This document shows, one piece after another, positions 53,977 through 61,911 of a stretch of DNA of 64,000 bases. The DNA lies in NCBI GenBank assembly GCA_947630745.1, contig CANRIT010000003.1:55503-119502 (forward strand), read 5' to 3'. The translations under genes were made by a program, and so were the position numbers. The notes below the pieces were generated by a model. The model was not told where the DNA came from, made no database searches, and saw only the letters and a program-made list of their open reading frames with translations. Source of the stretch: an uncultured Clostridia bacterium (GTDB lineage Bacteria; Bacillota; Clostridia; Christensenellales; UBA1242). Positions within the stretch are counted from its first letter, which is position 1. Every line of letters starts with the position of its first letter.

Positions 53977-55125
53977 ATGAACGAAGTTATTTTAATACGA
54001 TTTAACGAAATACACTTAAAGGGTGGCAACAAACACTATTTTTTAAAGCTTTTGATAAACAACATTCGCCATGCGCTAAGCGGGATTGACTGCAAGATAG
54101 AAAACATTCAAAATCGCGTGCTTGTGCGCGGATATGATGACGCGGATGAGATTGTTGAAAAACTTAAATTTGTGTTTGGCGTGCATTCAATTTCAAAGGC
54201 GGCAGAGGTTAACAATAGCGAAGAAGAAATCGTAAATTTTGTAAAAAACATAACCATTTCTGGCAGTTTTAAATGCCAAGTCAACCGTGCGGACAAAGCT
54301 TTTCCAATTAAATCTAACGAATTTGCCGCAAAGTTGGGTGAAATTGTGCTTAACAACAACAGCAAAAGCTATGTTGATGTGCGCCAACCAAACACAGTCA
54401 TTAATGTCGACATTAGGGAAACGGGCAAAACATACATTTTTTACCACACAACCTACGCATATTCTGGCTTGCCGCTGGGTGAGCATCGGGACGGACTGCT
54501 GCTGTTAAGTGGCGGAATTGATAGCCCGGTTGCTGGTTTTTGTATGGCAAAACGCGGGCTTAGGCAGGATATTTTGCATTTTGATAGTTTCCCATACACA
54601 AGCACGCAAGCCAAACAAAAAGTGGTTGATATTGCAAAATCTATTAAAGACAAAATTGGCGCAAAATATATGTATGTCTGCTCAATGACCAAGATGCAGG
54701 AAGAATTTCACGTTAATTGCAAAACCGAGTTTGCCATAAACCTTCTTAGGCGCGCGATGATTAGAGTAGCCAACGCAGTGTGCAAACAATATGGCTACAA
54801 AACCATAATAACGGGCGAAAGTTTGGGGCAGGTCGCCAGCCAGACCATAGAAAGTTTAACCAGCACAAACAGCGTGGCGGAATATCCAGTTTTACGCCCG
54901 CTTATCAGCTTTAATAAAGATGAAATTATCTCGCTTGCCAAAGAAATTGGCACATACGATATAAGCATTTTGCCATACGAAGATTGCTGCACTGTCTTTT
55001 TGCCACGCAACCCAATAATCAAGCCCAAAGTTGAAGATGCCGTGCGTGAAGAAGCCAAAATCAACTACGCCGAACTTCTTCAAGCGGTTATCAACAACAT
55101 AGAAATAATAAATTTGGACGAATAA
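53977..55125 (+). CDS. thiI: tRNA 4-thiouridine synthase ThiI
   Basis: THUMP-like N-terminus, PP-loop LLLSGGIDSPVA, 382 aa. Confidence 0.9.
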   Translation: MNEVILIRFNEIHLKGGNKHYFLKLLINNIRHALSGIDCKIENIQNRVLVRGYDDADEIVEKLKFVFGVHSISKAAEVNNSEEEIVNFVKNITISGSFKCQVNRADKAFPIKSNEFAAKLGEIVLNNNSKSYVDVRQPNTVINVDIRETGKTYIFYHTTYAYSGLPLGEHRDGLLLLSGGIDSPVAGFCMAKRGLRQDILHFDSFPYTSTQAKQKVVDIAKSIKDKIGAKYMYVCSMTKMQEEFHVNCKTEFAINLLRRAMIRVANAVCKQYGYKTIITGESLGQVASQTIESLTSTNSVAEYPVLRPLISFNKDEIISLAKEIGTYDISILPYEDCCTVFLPRNPIIKPKVEDAVREEAKINYAELLQAVINNIEIINLDE

Positions 55126-55211
55126 TCCGCAAATTTAACTCTGAGCAAGTGTTTGGCAACGTTATCTAATTTTAACTTAAAAAAATTGTTTTAATAAAAA
55201 GAAAAACTAAT

Positions 55212-55238
55212 AGGGAGATATTTTTCCCTTTTTTTTAT
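55212..55238 (+). terminator. Rho-independent terminator after thiI
   Basis: AGGGA-gatattt-TCCCT followed by T9. Confidence 0.7.
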
Positions 55239-55245
55239 TTAAGTA

Positions 55246-55274
55246 TTGACAAATGTAGATTTTCGATATATAAT
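55246..55274 (+). promoter_or_regulatory. Consensus sigma-A promoter (TTGACA-17-TATAAT)
   Basis: TTGACA at 55246-51, TATAAT at 55269-74. The leader carries an AGGAG SD. Confidence 0.7.
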
Positions 55275-55294
55275 CAAGGTGTTAGGAGTTAAAA

Positions 55295-55960
55295 ATGACA
55301 CATCAAATGCTCGAAATACTTTACAATACAACATTGGATAATATGGACGACAAAAAAGCAAATTATTTTGAATACTTGTTATCTATGAGACAATTAAAAA
55401 TTTTATCTTTTATTCCTACTGCCTTTGCTGGCTTATTTTTAGCAGTTGGTATAGCATGTTCTATAATCAATTTATCAATTTATCCATTTGCTGTCTGTGG
55501 GGTTTTTAGTACAATTACGGCAGGAATTGGCACAGCTATGTTTGTTGCATCACCTCATTCAAATGATTATAATATAACAAGACAAGAGTATAAAGCATTT
55601 GTAAAGTCGGGCGGACGAAAGCGTATTAAAACATTGTTAAAAGAGTATCGTAAAAATATAAAAAGCAACCCTTTAACCAATGAAGAAAAAGAAATTGTAC
55701 GCCTTGATATATTGCAAAACAATTTAGAACTCACAAAGCAAGAAAAGTTAAACACAATTGCAGAGGCACAAAAAACCATCTCAGATGTGGAAGAGGAATT
55801 AAGCAAAGTGAAAACAAAAAAAGAAAACTTAATTAAGCAGTTATCCGAGCGCAAAGCAGCGGAAAAAGTCGAGCAAGCAAATGCTGAGCAAGTTGTAAAG
55901 CATAACACAGAAAAAGTGGCGGATGAGCAAGAAGAGATTAAAGAAGAAAAACTAAATTAA
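55295..55960 (+). CDS. Hypothetical membrane protein (221 aa): two TM helices plus charged coiled-coil tail
   Basis: TM hairpin ILSFIPTAFAGLFLAVGIACSIINLSIYPFAVCGVFSTITAGIGTAMFVA. C-terminal KENLIKQLSERKAAEKVEQ... AT-rich codon usage. Confidence 0.6.
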   Translation: MTHQMLEILYNTTLDNMDDKKANYFEYLLSMRQLKILSFIPTAFAGLFLAVGIACSIINLSIYPFAVCGVFSTITAGIGTAMFVASPHSNDYNITRQEYKAFVKSGGRKRIKTLLKEYRKNIKSNPLTNEEKEIVRLDILQNNLELTKQEKLNTIAEAQKTISDVEEELSKVKTKKENLIKQLSERKAAEKVEQANAEQVVKHNTEKVADEQEEIKEEKLN

Positions 55961-55998
55961 ATTAGGGAGATTAATTTCTTCCTTTTTTATTCTAGGTA

Positions 55999-56027
55999 TT
56001 GACAAGCATGGATTTTTAATGTAAAAT
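55999..56027 (+). promoter_or_regulatory. Sigma-A promoter (TTGACA-17-TAAAAT), duplicate of the 55246 promoter region
   Basis: TTGACA at 55999-56004, TAAAAT at 56022-27. Preceded by a terminator-like hairpin paralogous to 55212-38. Confidence 0.65.
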
Positions 56028-56046
56028 ATATCACAATAGGAGAGTA

Positions 56047-56464
56047 ATGATGTCAAAGAAAACAATTGATTTATTACACAGCATAAAATTAGAAGATTTA
56101 AACGATAATAAAGTTAAAGAGATTGAAGATAATTTATTTTGTCGTTCTGATATAATAAAAAATATTGTTGCTATTTCTATTTTACTTCCAACTTTAAAAG
56201 GTGGCAAATTTAGAAGAAATCAAAAGTAAGCAAGAAGAGGACATTGACCTATACCAATATACAATTAAAAATGTTGATATCAATCTAGTCGCAATAAAAG
56301 CGGATAAAGAAAACTTAATTAAGCAATTGTCTGCACGCAAGGCAGCAGAAAAAGCCGAACAAATGAATGTTGAAGAAGTCGAAGAGAATAACACAGAAAA
56401 AGTAGCGGATGAAATTCAGCAAGAAGAAATTGTAAATGAAGACAATGATAATTTAAATAAATAA
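56047..56464 (+). pseudogene. Truncated and frameshifted paralog of the 55295-55960 gene
   Basis: Two overlapping ORFs in different frames (56047-56229 and 56201-56464). The TM region is deleted. The C-terminal KENLIKQLSARKAAEKAEQ...NTEKVADE is about 80 percent identical at DNA level to 55830-55940. Confidence 0.65.
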
Positions 56465-56608
56465 TCAATATATATGGTATGTAGGTTGCTATTTACCATA
56501 TATTTTGTATATAAAAACAATTTTGAATAATTTGTTAGTTTAGTTGACTTTAATTTTTATATTGTGTTATAATTATAGTGTTGCAAAGCAACTTAAAGGT
56601 AGGATAGC

Positions 56609-58201
56609 ATGAGCATGATATTATCAATGCTTTGTGCTGTTAGCACACCAGTTGCAGTGATTTTATCTATTGTAATGTTAGCAGTTGGCGGGGGCGCAGG
56701 TTTGGGCGTCACGCTGGTTGTTATAAATAAAAAATCTAAATCGGCACAAAACAAAGCAGATAAAATTTTAACTGATGCGCAAGCACAAGCAGAAAAAATT
56801 AAAAAAGAACAAGTTGAACAGACAAGCAAAGAAATCAGCGTTTTAAGGGCAACCTTTGAGCAAGAGAACAAAGAGCGCAGGGAAGAGGCAAAACGCAGTG
56901 AAGAACGCTTGTACGCAAGGGAAGAGCTTTTAACTAAAAAAGAAGCCTCTCTTGACAAAAAAACTGAAGAATTGGAGCAAACCAAACAAAAAGTTCAAAA
57001 TCAAATTCAAGCGCTTAATTCTAAGGAAGAAGCCCTTGACGAGATGCAAGAAAGCATTGTTAAAGAGCTTGAAAAGGTTAGCGGCATGAGTAAGGACGAG
57101 GCAAAACAAGTTATTATTGACCGCTATACAGAAGAAGCAAAGATTGACGCAGTTAAAATTGCTAAGGAAATTGAAGACAAAGCGCGTGAAGAAGCAGAAA
57201 AGAAGGCAAAAAACATCATCACACTTGCAATTCAAAAGTGCGCAGCCGACCACACAAGTGAAGTTACAACCAGTGTGGTTACCTTGCCAAGTGAAGAGAT
57301 GAAAGGTAGAATTATCGGCCGCGAAGGGCGCAATATTCGTGCGTTGGAGGCAGCAACTGGGGTGGACTTTATTGTTGACGACACACCAGAGGCAATCACA
57401 ATTTCTGGCTTTGACCCAATTAGGCGTGAAGTGGCACGCATTGCGCTTGAAAAGCTTATTTTGGACGGGCGCATTCACCCAGCACGCATTGAAGAATTGG
57501 TGCAAAAAGTGCAAAAAGATATTGAAGAGACCATTAAAGAGGCGGGCGAAAACGCTTGCTTTGACGCGGATATTCACAACATCCACCCAGAACTTGTTAA
57601 AATTTTGGGCAGGCTTAAATATCGCACCAGTTATGGTCAAAATGTGTTAAATCATTCGCTGGAAACCTCGTACATTGCAGGTATGTTGGCAGCGGAAGTT
57701 GGCGCAAACGAAAAGGTTGCCCGCCGCGGTGGCTTGTTGCACGATTTGGGTAAGGCGGTTGACCACGAAGTTGAAGGCACCCACGTTTCTATTGGTGTTG
57801 AACTTGCCCGCAAGTATAAGGAAAGTGAAGCGGTTATCCACTGCATTGAGGCGCACCACAACGATGTTGAACCTCGCACTTTGGAGGCTGTTATCGTTCA
57901 AGCAGCCGACACAATTTCAAGTGCAAGGCCGGGCGCAAGGCGAGAATCTATTGAAAATTACATCAAGCGTTTGCAAGACTTGGAGGCAATTGCCAACGGC
58001 TTTAATGGGGTAGAAAAAACCTTCGCCATTCAAGCTGGGCGTGAAATTCGCGTTATGGTTAAGCCAGAACAGATAACGGATGAAGAAGCACAAGTGCTTG
58101 CACACGACATCGCCAAGGAAATTGAAGCAAAGCTTGAATATCCTGGCCACATTAAAGTTAATGTAATCCGTGAATCCCGCTTTTCTGACACAGCAAAATA
58201 A
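56609..58201 (+). CDS. rny: Ribonuclease Y
   Basis: N-terminal TM, long coiled coil, KH domain ([15 protein letters not shown]), HD domain (LLHDLGK...HH). 530 aa. Confidence 0.93.
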   Translation: MSMILSMLCAVSTPVAVILSIVMLAVGGGAGLGVTLVVINKKSKSAQNKADKILTDAQAQAEKIKKEQVEQTSKEISVLRATFEQENKERREEAKRSEERLYAREELLTKKEASLDKKTEELEQTKQKVQNQIQALNSKEEALDEMQESIVKELEKVSGMSKDEAKQVIIDRYTEEAKIDAVKIAKEIEDKAREEAEKKAKNIITLAIQKCAADHTSEVTTSVVTLPSEEMKGRIIGREGRNIRALEAATGVDFIVDDTPEAITISGFDPIRREVARIALEKLILDGRIHPARIEELVQKVQKDIEETIKEAGENACFDADIHNIHPELVKILGRLKYRTSYGQNVLNHSLETSYIAGMLAAEVGANEKVARRGGLLHDLGKAVDHEVEGTHVSIGVELARKYKESEAVIHCIEAHHNDVEPRTLEAVIVQAADTISSARPGARRESIENYIKRLQDLEAIANGFNGVEKTFAIQAGREIRVMVKPEQITDEEAQVLAHDIAKEIEAKLEYPGHIKVNVIRESRFSDTAK

Positions 58202-58208
58202 TAAAATT

Positions 58209-58231
58209 GCCCTAAATTACGGGCTTTTTTT
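58209..58231 (+). terminator. Rho-independent terminator after rny
   Basis: GCCC-taaattac-GGGC followed by T7. Confidence 0.7.
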
Positions 58232-58337
58232 ATTGAGTATTTTTTATGATAATCTGTTTATTTTCTTAGTCTAGTTAAATTTGTGCCTTTTTGATTATAT
58301 TATATCATTTAATAAAAAAAACCACCCAAAAGGGTAG

Positions 58338-58763
58338 TTAAACTCCAAGAGTTTTTTCTTTATTAAGGTTTATTTCAAATTCTTGCGAATAATGCGGATT
58401 GTTTGTTGGAGCAGGGAAACAATATTGTTTTGTAACTTTGTCAAAATTTACTTCCACATCAACACCAGCATTTTTCTTAACAAAGGCGGAAATCTTTTCT
58501 TCATCCAAACCTTCTTCGCCAAACATCATAACATAAGCTTTTATGCAATTTGCAATTTTGCTAGTGGTTGTTTTAAATAATAGGTCATCAGAAACAGTGT
58601 GAACATGGATGTTGTAAATTGCGCTAATTCCTGTGCCAACTTCGCGGTTAAGAGTTTCCACAACTTTGCCATCTTTATCTTTTTTGTGAACTTCGGTTTT
58701 TTCTTCTAAGATTTCATCCCTTATAACAATTAATTCACTTAAATGATTTTGTACTTTTGCCAT
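58338..58763 (-). CDS. Hypothetical protein (141 aa), paralog A
   Basis: Own promoter, SD AAGGAG, terminator. Shares the segment SA.Y.....(~20 aa)...A......M.GE..L.E..I..F.K.N.G......... with the adjacent 140-aa protein. Confidence 0.6.
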   Translation of the reverse strand: MAKVQNHLSELIVIRDEILEEKTEVHKKDKDGKVVETLNREVGTGISAIYNIHVHTVSDDLLFKTTTSKIANCIKAYVMMFGEEGLDEEKISAFVKKNAGVDVEVNFDKVTKQYCFPAPTNNPHYSQEFEINLNKEKTLGV

Positions 58764-58783
58764 ATTTTCTCCTTTATGTAACT

Positions 58784-58812
58784 ATATTAACACAAAAATA
58801 AATTTTAGTCAA
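58784..58812 (-). promoter_or_regulatory. Sigma-A promoter (TTGACT-17-TAATAT) of paralog A
   Basis: The reverse strand reads TTGACT (58812-07), a 17-nt spacer ending in TGTGT, then TAATAT (58789-84). Confidence 0.65.
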
Positions 58813-58855
58813 TAATATCTTATCTATTATTTAAAAAAACCGCCGGCTAGGCAGT

Positions 58856-59278
58856 TTAAACATTTTTGGTTGTGGTAGGGGCTAAAAGGTTAATTTCATC
58901 TGAATAATATTTTCCAACCCTGTATGTGGAAATATATGTTTTGTTGGCTTCGGTAATTTTTAAGTTTTTGATAGCAATGCCAGTGTTTTCTTTTAAAAAT
59001 TTTGCAATAATATTTTCCTCTAAACACTTTTCGCCTTGCATAACAATTATTGCCCTTAAAGCATTATCTAAAGCAAAAAAATCTTCGGTTGCCAGTTGTT
59101 TATTAAATTCATATAATACATTAACAATATATTGCGCAGATACCGCTTTTCCAGCATCTAAATCAATTTTACCGGTTATTGTATCACCCGTGCTTGCGCG
59201 ATATTTGTGCAAATATACAGTTATTTTATTTGGCAGCACTTCAGGTCTATTAATAGTTGTAAACAATTTATATTCCAT
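58856..59278 (-). CDS. Hypothetical protein (140 aa), paralog B
   Basis: Own promoter, SD AGAGG. Collinear similarity to paralog A, for example IIVMQGEKCLEENIIAKFLKENTGIAIKNL against YVMMFGEEGLDEEKISAFVKKNAGVDVEVN. Confidence 0.6.
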   Translation of the reverse strand: MEYKLFTTINRPEVLPNKITVYLHKYRASTGDTITGKIDLDAGKAVSAQYIVNVLYEFNKQLATEDFFALDNALRAIIVMQGEKCLEENIIAKFLKENTGIAIKNLKITEANKTYISTYRVGKYYSDEINLLAPTTTKNV

Positions 59279-59295
59279 AATTTAACCTCTATTTT

Positions 59296-59324
59296 ACTCT
59301 AACACAAAACAAAGTTTTTGTCAA
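59296..59324 (-). promoter_or_regulatory. Sigma-A promoter (TTGACA-17-TAGAGT) of paralog B
   Basis: The reverse strand reads TTGACA (59324-19), a 17-nt spacer ending in TGTGT, then TAGAGT (59301-296). Confidence 0.6.
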
Positions 59325-59411
59325 TATTATATTATAAAATTCTAATAGGCTATTTAAAAATTTGTCAAATAATTATCGGCAAAATATCTATAATTATTTT
59401 GGCTTAAACAG

Positions 59412-59440
59412 TTGACAATTAAGTGCGGTTAAGTTATAAT
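59412..59440 (+). promoter_or_regulatory. Consensus sigma-A promoter of tRNA-Trp (TTGACA-17-TATAAT)
   Basis: TTGACA at 59412-17, TATAAT at 59435-40. The tRNA starts at 59451. Confidence 0.75.
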
Positions 59441-59450
59441 ATAAAAGCAT

Positions 59451-59525
59451 AGGGGAGTGGCTCAATGGTAGAGTAGCGGTCTCCAAAACCGTAGGTTGCG
59501 TGTTCGAATCGCGTCTCCCCTGCCA
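59451..59525 (+). tRNA. tRNA-Trp (anticodon CCA), CCA encoded
   Basis: Acceptor AGGGGAG/CTCCCCT, anticodon loop CTCCAAA, T-loop TTCGAAT. Confidence 0.88.
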
Positions 59526-59530
59526 AATTT

Positions 59531-59554
59531 GACCCAATTGGGTTGATTTTTTTT
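59531..59554 (+). terminator. Rho-independent terminator after tRNA-Trp
   Basis: Palindrome ACCCAATTGGGT followed by TGATTTTTTTT. Confidence 0.7.
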
Positions 59555-59555
59555 A

Positions 59556-59581
59556 TTAAAAAAAAACGGATTTGTAATCCG
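59556..59581 (-). terminator. Rho-independent terminator after tRNA-Glu
   Basis: The reverse strand reads CGGAT-tacaa-ATCCG followed by T9. Confidence 0.7.
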
Positions 59582-59583
59582 CT

Positions 59584-59658
59584 TGGTAGCCCTATGGGGA
59601 TTCGAACCCCAGTTCCCACCGTGAGAGGGTGGTGTCCTAACCACTAGACGATAGAGCC
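59584..59658 (-). tRNA. tRNA-Glu (anticodon CTC), CCA encoded
   Basis: Acceptor GGCTCTA/TAGGGCT (two G-U pairs), D-region GTCTAGTGGTTAGGAC typical of tRNA-Glu, anticodon stem CCACC/GGTGG, loop CTCTCAC. Confidence 0.8.
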
Positions 59659-59857
59659 ATAAATTTTTCCACGCAGCCATGTGTAAACACATGGGGTGCG
59701 GAAAATTTATGGATACTATATTTAATTTTCTTCGTAGGTTTTGCTTGCTAATATAGACCGTGCAGATGACTATTTATGGGATAAGCATAAGAAATTGTAG
59801 GTTCTATATTTTACTTAACTTCGTAGGCTTTCTTTAAAATATAGGACCATAAACATG
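59659..59857 (-). ncRNA. ~200-nt structured leader co-transcribed with tRNA-Glu (two repeated hairpin modules plus an imperfect palindrome)
   Basis: A promoter at 59864-92 points toward tRNA-Glu. Module stems are 59800-11/59837-48 and 59711-22/59750-60. Each loop carries CTTCGTAGG (+ strand). A palindrome at 59659-59710 abuts the tRNA 5' end. Confidence 0.45.
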
Positions 59858-59863
59858 CAATTT

Positions 59864-59892
59864 ATTATAACACATATTAAATATATTTTCAA
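59864..59892 (-). promoter_or_regulatory. Sigma-A promoter (TTGAAA-17-TGtTATAAT) driving the tRNA-Glu leader
   Basis: The reverse strand reads TTGAAA (59892-87), a 17-nt spacer ending in TGT, then TATAAT (59869-64). Confidence 0.6.
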
Positions 59893-59982
59893 CTGTTTTT
59901 CAACAAAATTTTCAACAAATTTAAAAAAGGGTATTGCCAAATCAAAAATTGTGTGTTAATATAAGGGCAAGGAGACGAAATT

Positions 59983-60297
59983 ATGCAACAAATCAGTTTA
60001 GATGACATTAAAGCATTTTTACAGCAAAAAGTTGGTGTTGAATGGAAGGGCGAGGTAATGCTTGCAAATCAAACCTTTACATTTGCAAGGTCGGCTGAGC
60101 AGATTTTAAATCAACCAATTTCCTTTAAAGTATTTAAGGGTGAAAATTTTGGCTGGTTTACCTTTATCATCAACGAAAATCAGTTTAAATCGGTGTTTAT
60201 TTGCACAAAAAATGGGCAAGAATTTTTGGTTGATGGAATTGATTTTTCAAGCAAATGGCGCGATTTCATCACACAAGAAAGCACAAAAAATGCCTAA
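59983..60297 (+). CDS. Hypothetical protein (104 aa)
   Basis: Promoter TTGCCA-17-TAATAT, SD AAGGAG, terminator downstream. No motif recognised. Confidence 0.55.
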   Translation: MQQISLDDIKAFLQQKVGVEWKGEVMLANQTFTFARSAEQILNQPISFKVFKGENFGWFTFIINENQFKSVFICTKNGQEFLVDGIDFSSKWRDFITQESTKNA

Positions 60298-60302
60298 CTA
60301 CA

Positions 60303-60327
60303 ATATGCCGCTTGGCATATTTTTTTA
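60303..60327 (+). terminator. Rho-independent terminator
   Basis: ATATGCC-gctt-GGCATAT followed by T7. Confidence 0.8.
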
Positions 60328-60371
60328 TTTCTACAAAATGCGATAATTTGTAAACAATTTTTGTCGATATA

Positions 60372-60380
60372 TGTTATAAT
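60372..60380 (+). promoter_or_regulatory. Extended -10 element (TGTTATAAT) placed for leaderless comEC mRNA
   Basis: GTG 60387 lies 6 nt after the -10 box. No SD, and no good -35 at 17 nt. Confidence 0.45.
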
Positions 60381-60386
60381 TTAAGC

Positions 60387-61904
60387 GTGAAACGACATTG
60401 GTTTAATTTTAGGGCGCTTTGTTTGATATTTATCTTCCTACTTTTAGGGAGTTTGTTTGGCTTTTACATATACACAAAATTTGTTGGCTGCCTAATTGTT
60501 GCGCTGATAATTTTTGTTGGTTCGCTGGTTGTGGCGATAGTCAACAAAAAGGCATCAAATTTTTTAATACCAATAATCTGCTTTGTCATCGGGTTTTGTT
60601 GTTACAGCGTGGCAATTGACAATTTCAACAAAGGTCAAGATAAAATTTTGCCAACCACGGTAAGCGCGCGCATCTACAATGTTGGGCTAACTGATGGCAA
60701 AACGCTTAGTTTGTGTGTTGACAGCCTAAAATTTGACGGCAGAAAAGTTGATGGCAGGGCGCGGCTTTACATTGTTGACTACCAAAACCGATTTGATGAT
60801 TTTTCAATTGGCACAACAATAGATTTTGAGCCGTACAGCGTTGATTTGGTCAATTTGTTGGTGGGCGACATTCCGTCCGCATACTATTACAAAAACGATT
60901 TTAAATACCAAATTTACACTGGATATTCGCTTGTCAACATTACGGGCAATGACAAAACGTTTGCGGAAAAACTTCAACTTAAAATAAAGGAAAACTTGTC
61001 AAACGGCTTGTCAAACGAAAATGTGGAAATTGCATACGCTGCCATGTTTGGCGACAAATCGCTTATGCCAAGCGAGCAGTATTCAAATTACCAACTGTCG
61101 GGCGTGGCGCACATTTTAGCTGTGTCTGGCTTGCATGTAAGCATAATTGTTGGCGTGCTGTACGCTTTCTTTAAACTTATACATGTAAAAGGTTGGTGGA
61201 GATTTGCAATTTTAACCGCATTTTTGCTGTTTTACATGTATTTGTGCAGCTATTCAGTGTCGGTTGTGCGCGCCTCGATAATGTCGATAATCATGTTGCT
61301 TGCTCCGCTTATTGGGCGAAGATACGATACGCTATCCGCCTTGTCAGTTGCTGGCATAGTCATCTTTTGCACCAATCCGCTTTGTGTTTACGATGTTGGC
61401 TTTTTGATGAGCTTTTCGTGCGTGCTTGGCATTGCGTTTATGTTTAAGCCAATTGCAAGCGCAATATCCAAAACCCACCTTCCAAAATGGCTAGGGGATA
61501 GCGTGGCAATTTCAACTGCCACCATGGTATCCGTACTTATAGTTATGGCGTATTTCTTTGGCAGAATAAACATTGTGTCCGTATTTGCCAACATTTTGAT
61601 TTTGCCAATGTTTTCGCTTGCCTTTTCAATTGTTTTTGTGCTTGGATTTTTGTCGCTTATTGCACCGTTTATAACATACATGCTGCTGCCGCTAAACTTT
61701 TTGTTTAACATAATCAACAGCATGACATTTGTTATTGCAAATTTAAAGTACGTTAACTACAACACAGCCAACCTAAATTACTATGTTTGCCTTATATATT
61801 TCTTTTTATTGATGATTTTGGGCAGAATTTGCACGGCAAAACGGGGTGAAAAAGTGGTAACATCCCTTACAATAGTTGCACTTTTGATGGCATGTTTGGT
61901 ATAA
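60387..61904 (+). CDS. comEC: ComEC/Rec2-family DNA internalization channel protein (no C-terminal metallo-beta-lactamase domain)
   Basis: Polytopic membrane protein with SGVAHILAVSGLHVSII competence-domain motif. 505 aa. comEC-holA synteny. Confidence 0.8.
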   Translation: MKRHWFNFRALCLIFIFLLLGSLFGFYIYTKFVGCLIVALIIFVGSLVVAIVNKKASNFLIPIICFVIGFCCYSVAIDNFNKGQDKILPTTVSARIYNVGLTDGKTLSLCVDSLKFDGRKVDGRARLYIVDYQNRFDDFSIGTTIDFEPYSVDLVNLLVGDIPSAYYYKNDFKYQIYTGYSLVNITGNDKTFAEKLQLKIKENLSNGLSNENVEIAYAAMFGDKSLMPSEQYSNYQLSGVAHILAVSGLHVSIIVGVLYAFFKLIHVKGWWRFAILTAFLLFYMYLCSYSVSVVRASIMSIIMLLAPLIGRRYDTLSALSVAGIVIFCTNPLCVYDVGFLMSFSCVLGIAFMFKPIASAISKTHLPKWLGDSVAISTATMVSVLIVMAYFFGRINIVSVFANILILPMFSLAFSIVFVLGFLSLIAPFITYMLLPLNFLFNIINSMTFVIANLKYVNYNTANLNYYVCLIYFFLLMILGRICTAKRGEKVVTSLTIVALLMACLV

Positions 61905-61905
61905 T
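61876..61905 (+). promoter_or_regulatory. Promoter inside the comEC 3' end, placed for leaderless holA mRNA (TTGCAC-18-TGgTATAAT)
   Basis: TTGCAC at 61876-81, TGGTATAAT at 61897-905, overlapping the comEC stop. ATG 61912 is 6 nt after the -10 box. Confidence 0.5.
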
Positions 61906-61911
61906 ATAGGT

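Noticed and set aside
56930-57640. 236-aa ORF antisense to rny (also 56593-56985, 130 aa).
   Set aside because: It lies entirely within and opposite the well-supported RNase Y gene. It has low-complexity Phe/Asn/Cys-rich composition typical of the antisense frame of a Lys/Glu-rich gene. No promoter or SD is present.
59434-59692. ORFs of 61 and 76 aa on the minus strand.
   Set aside because: They overlap tRNA-Trp and tRNA-Glu, so they are artefacts.
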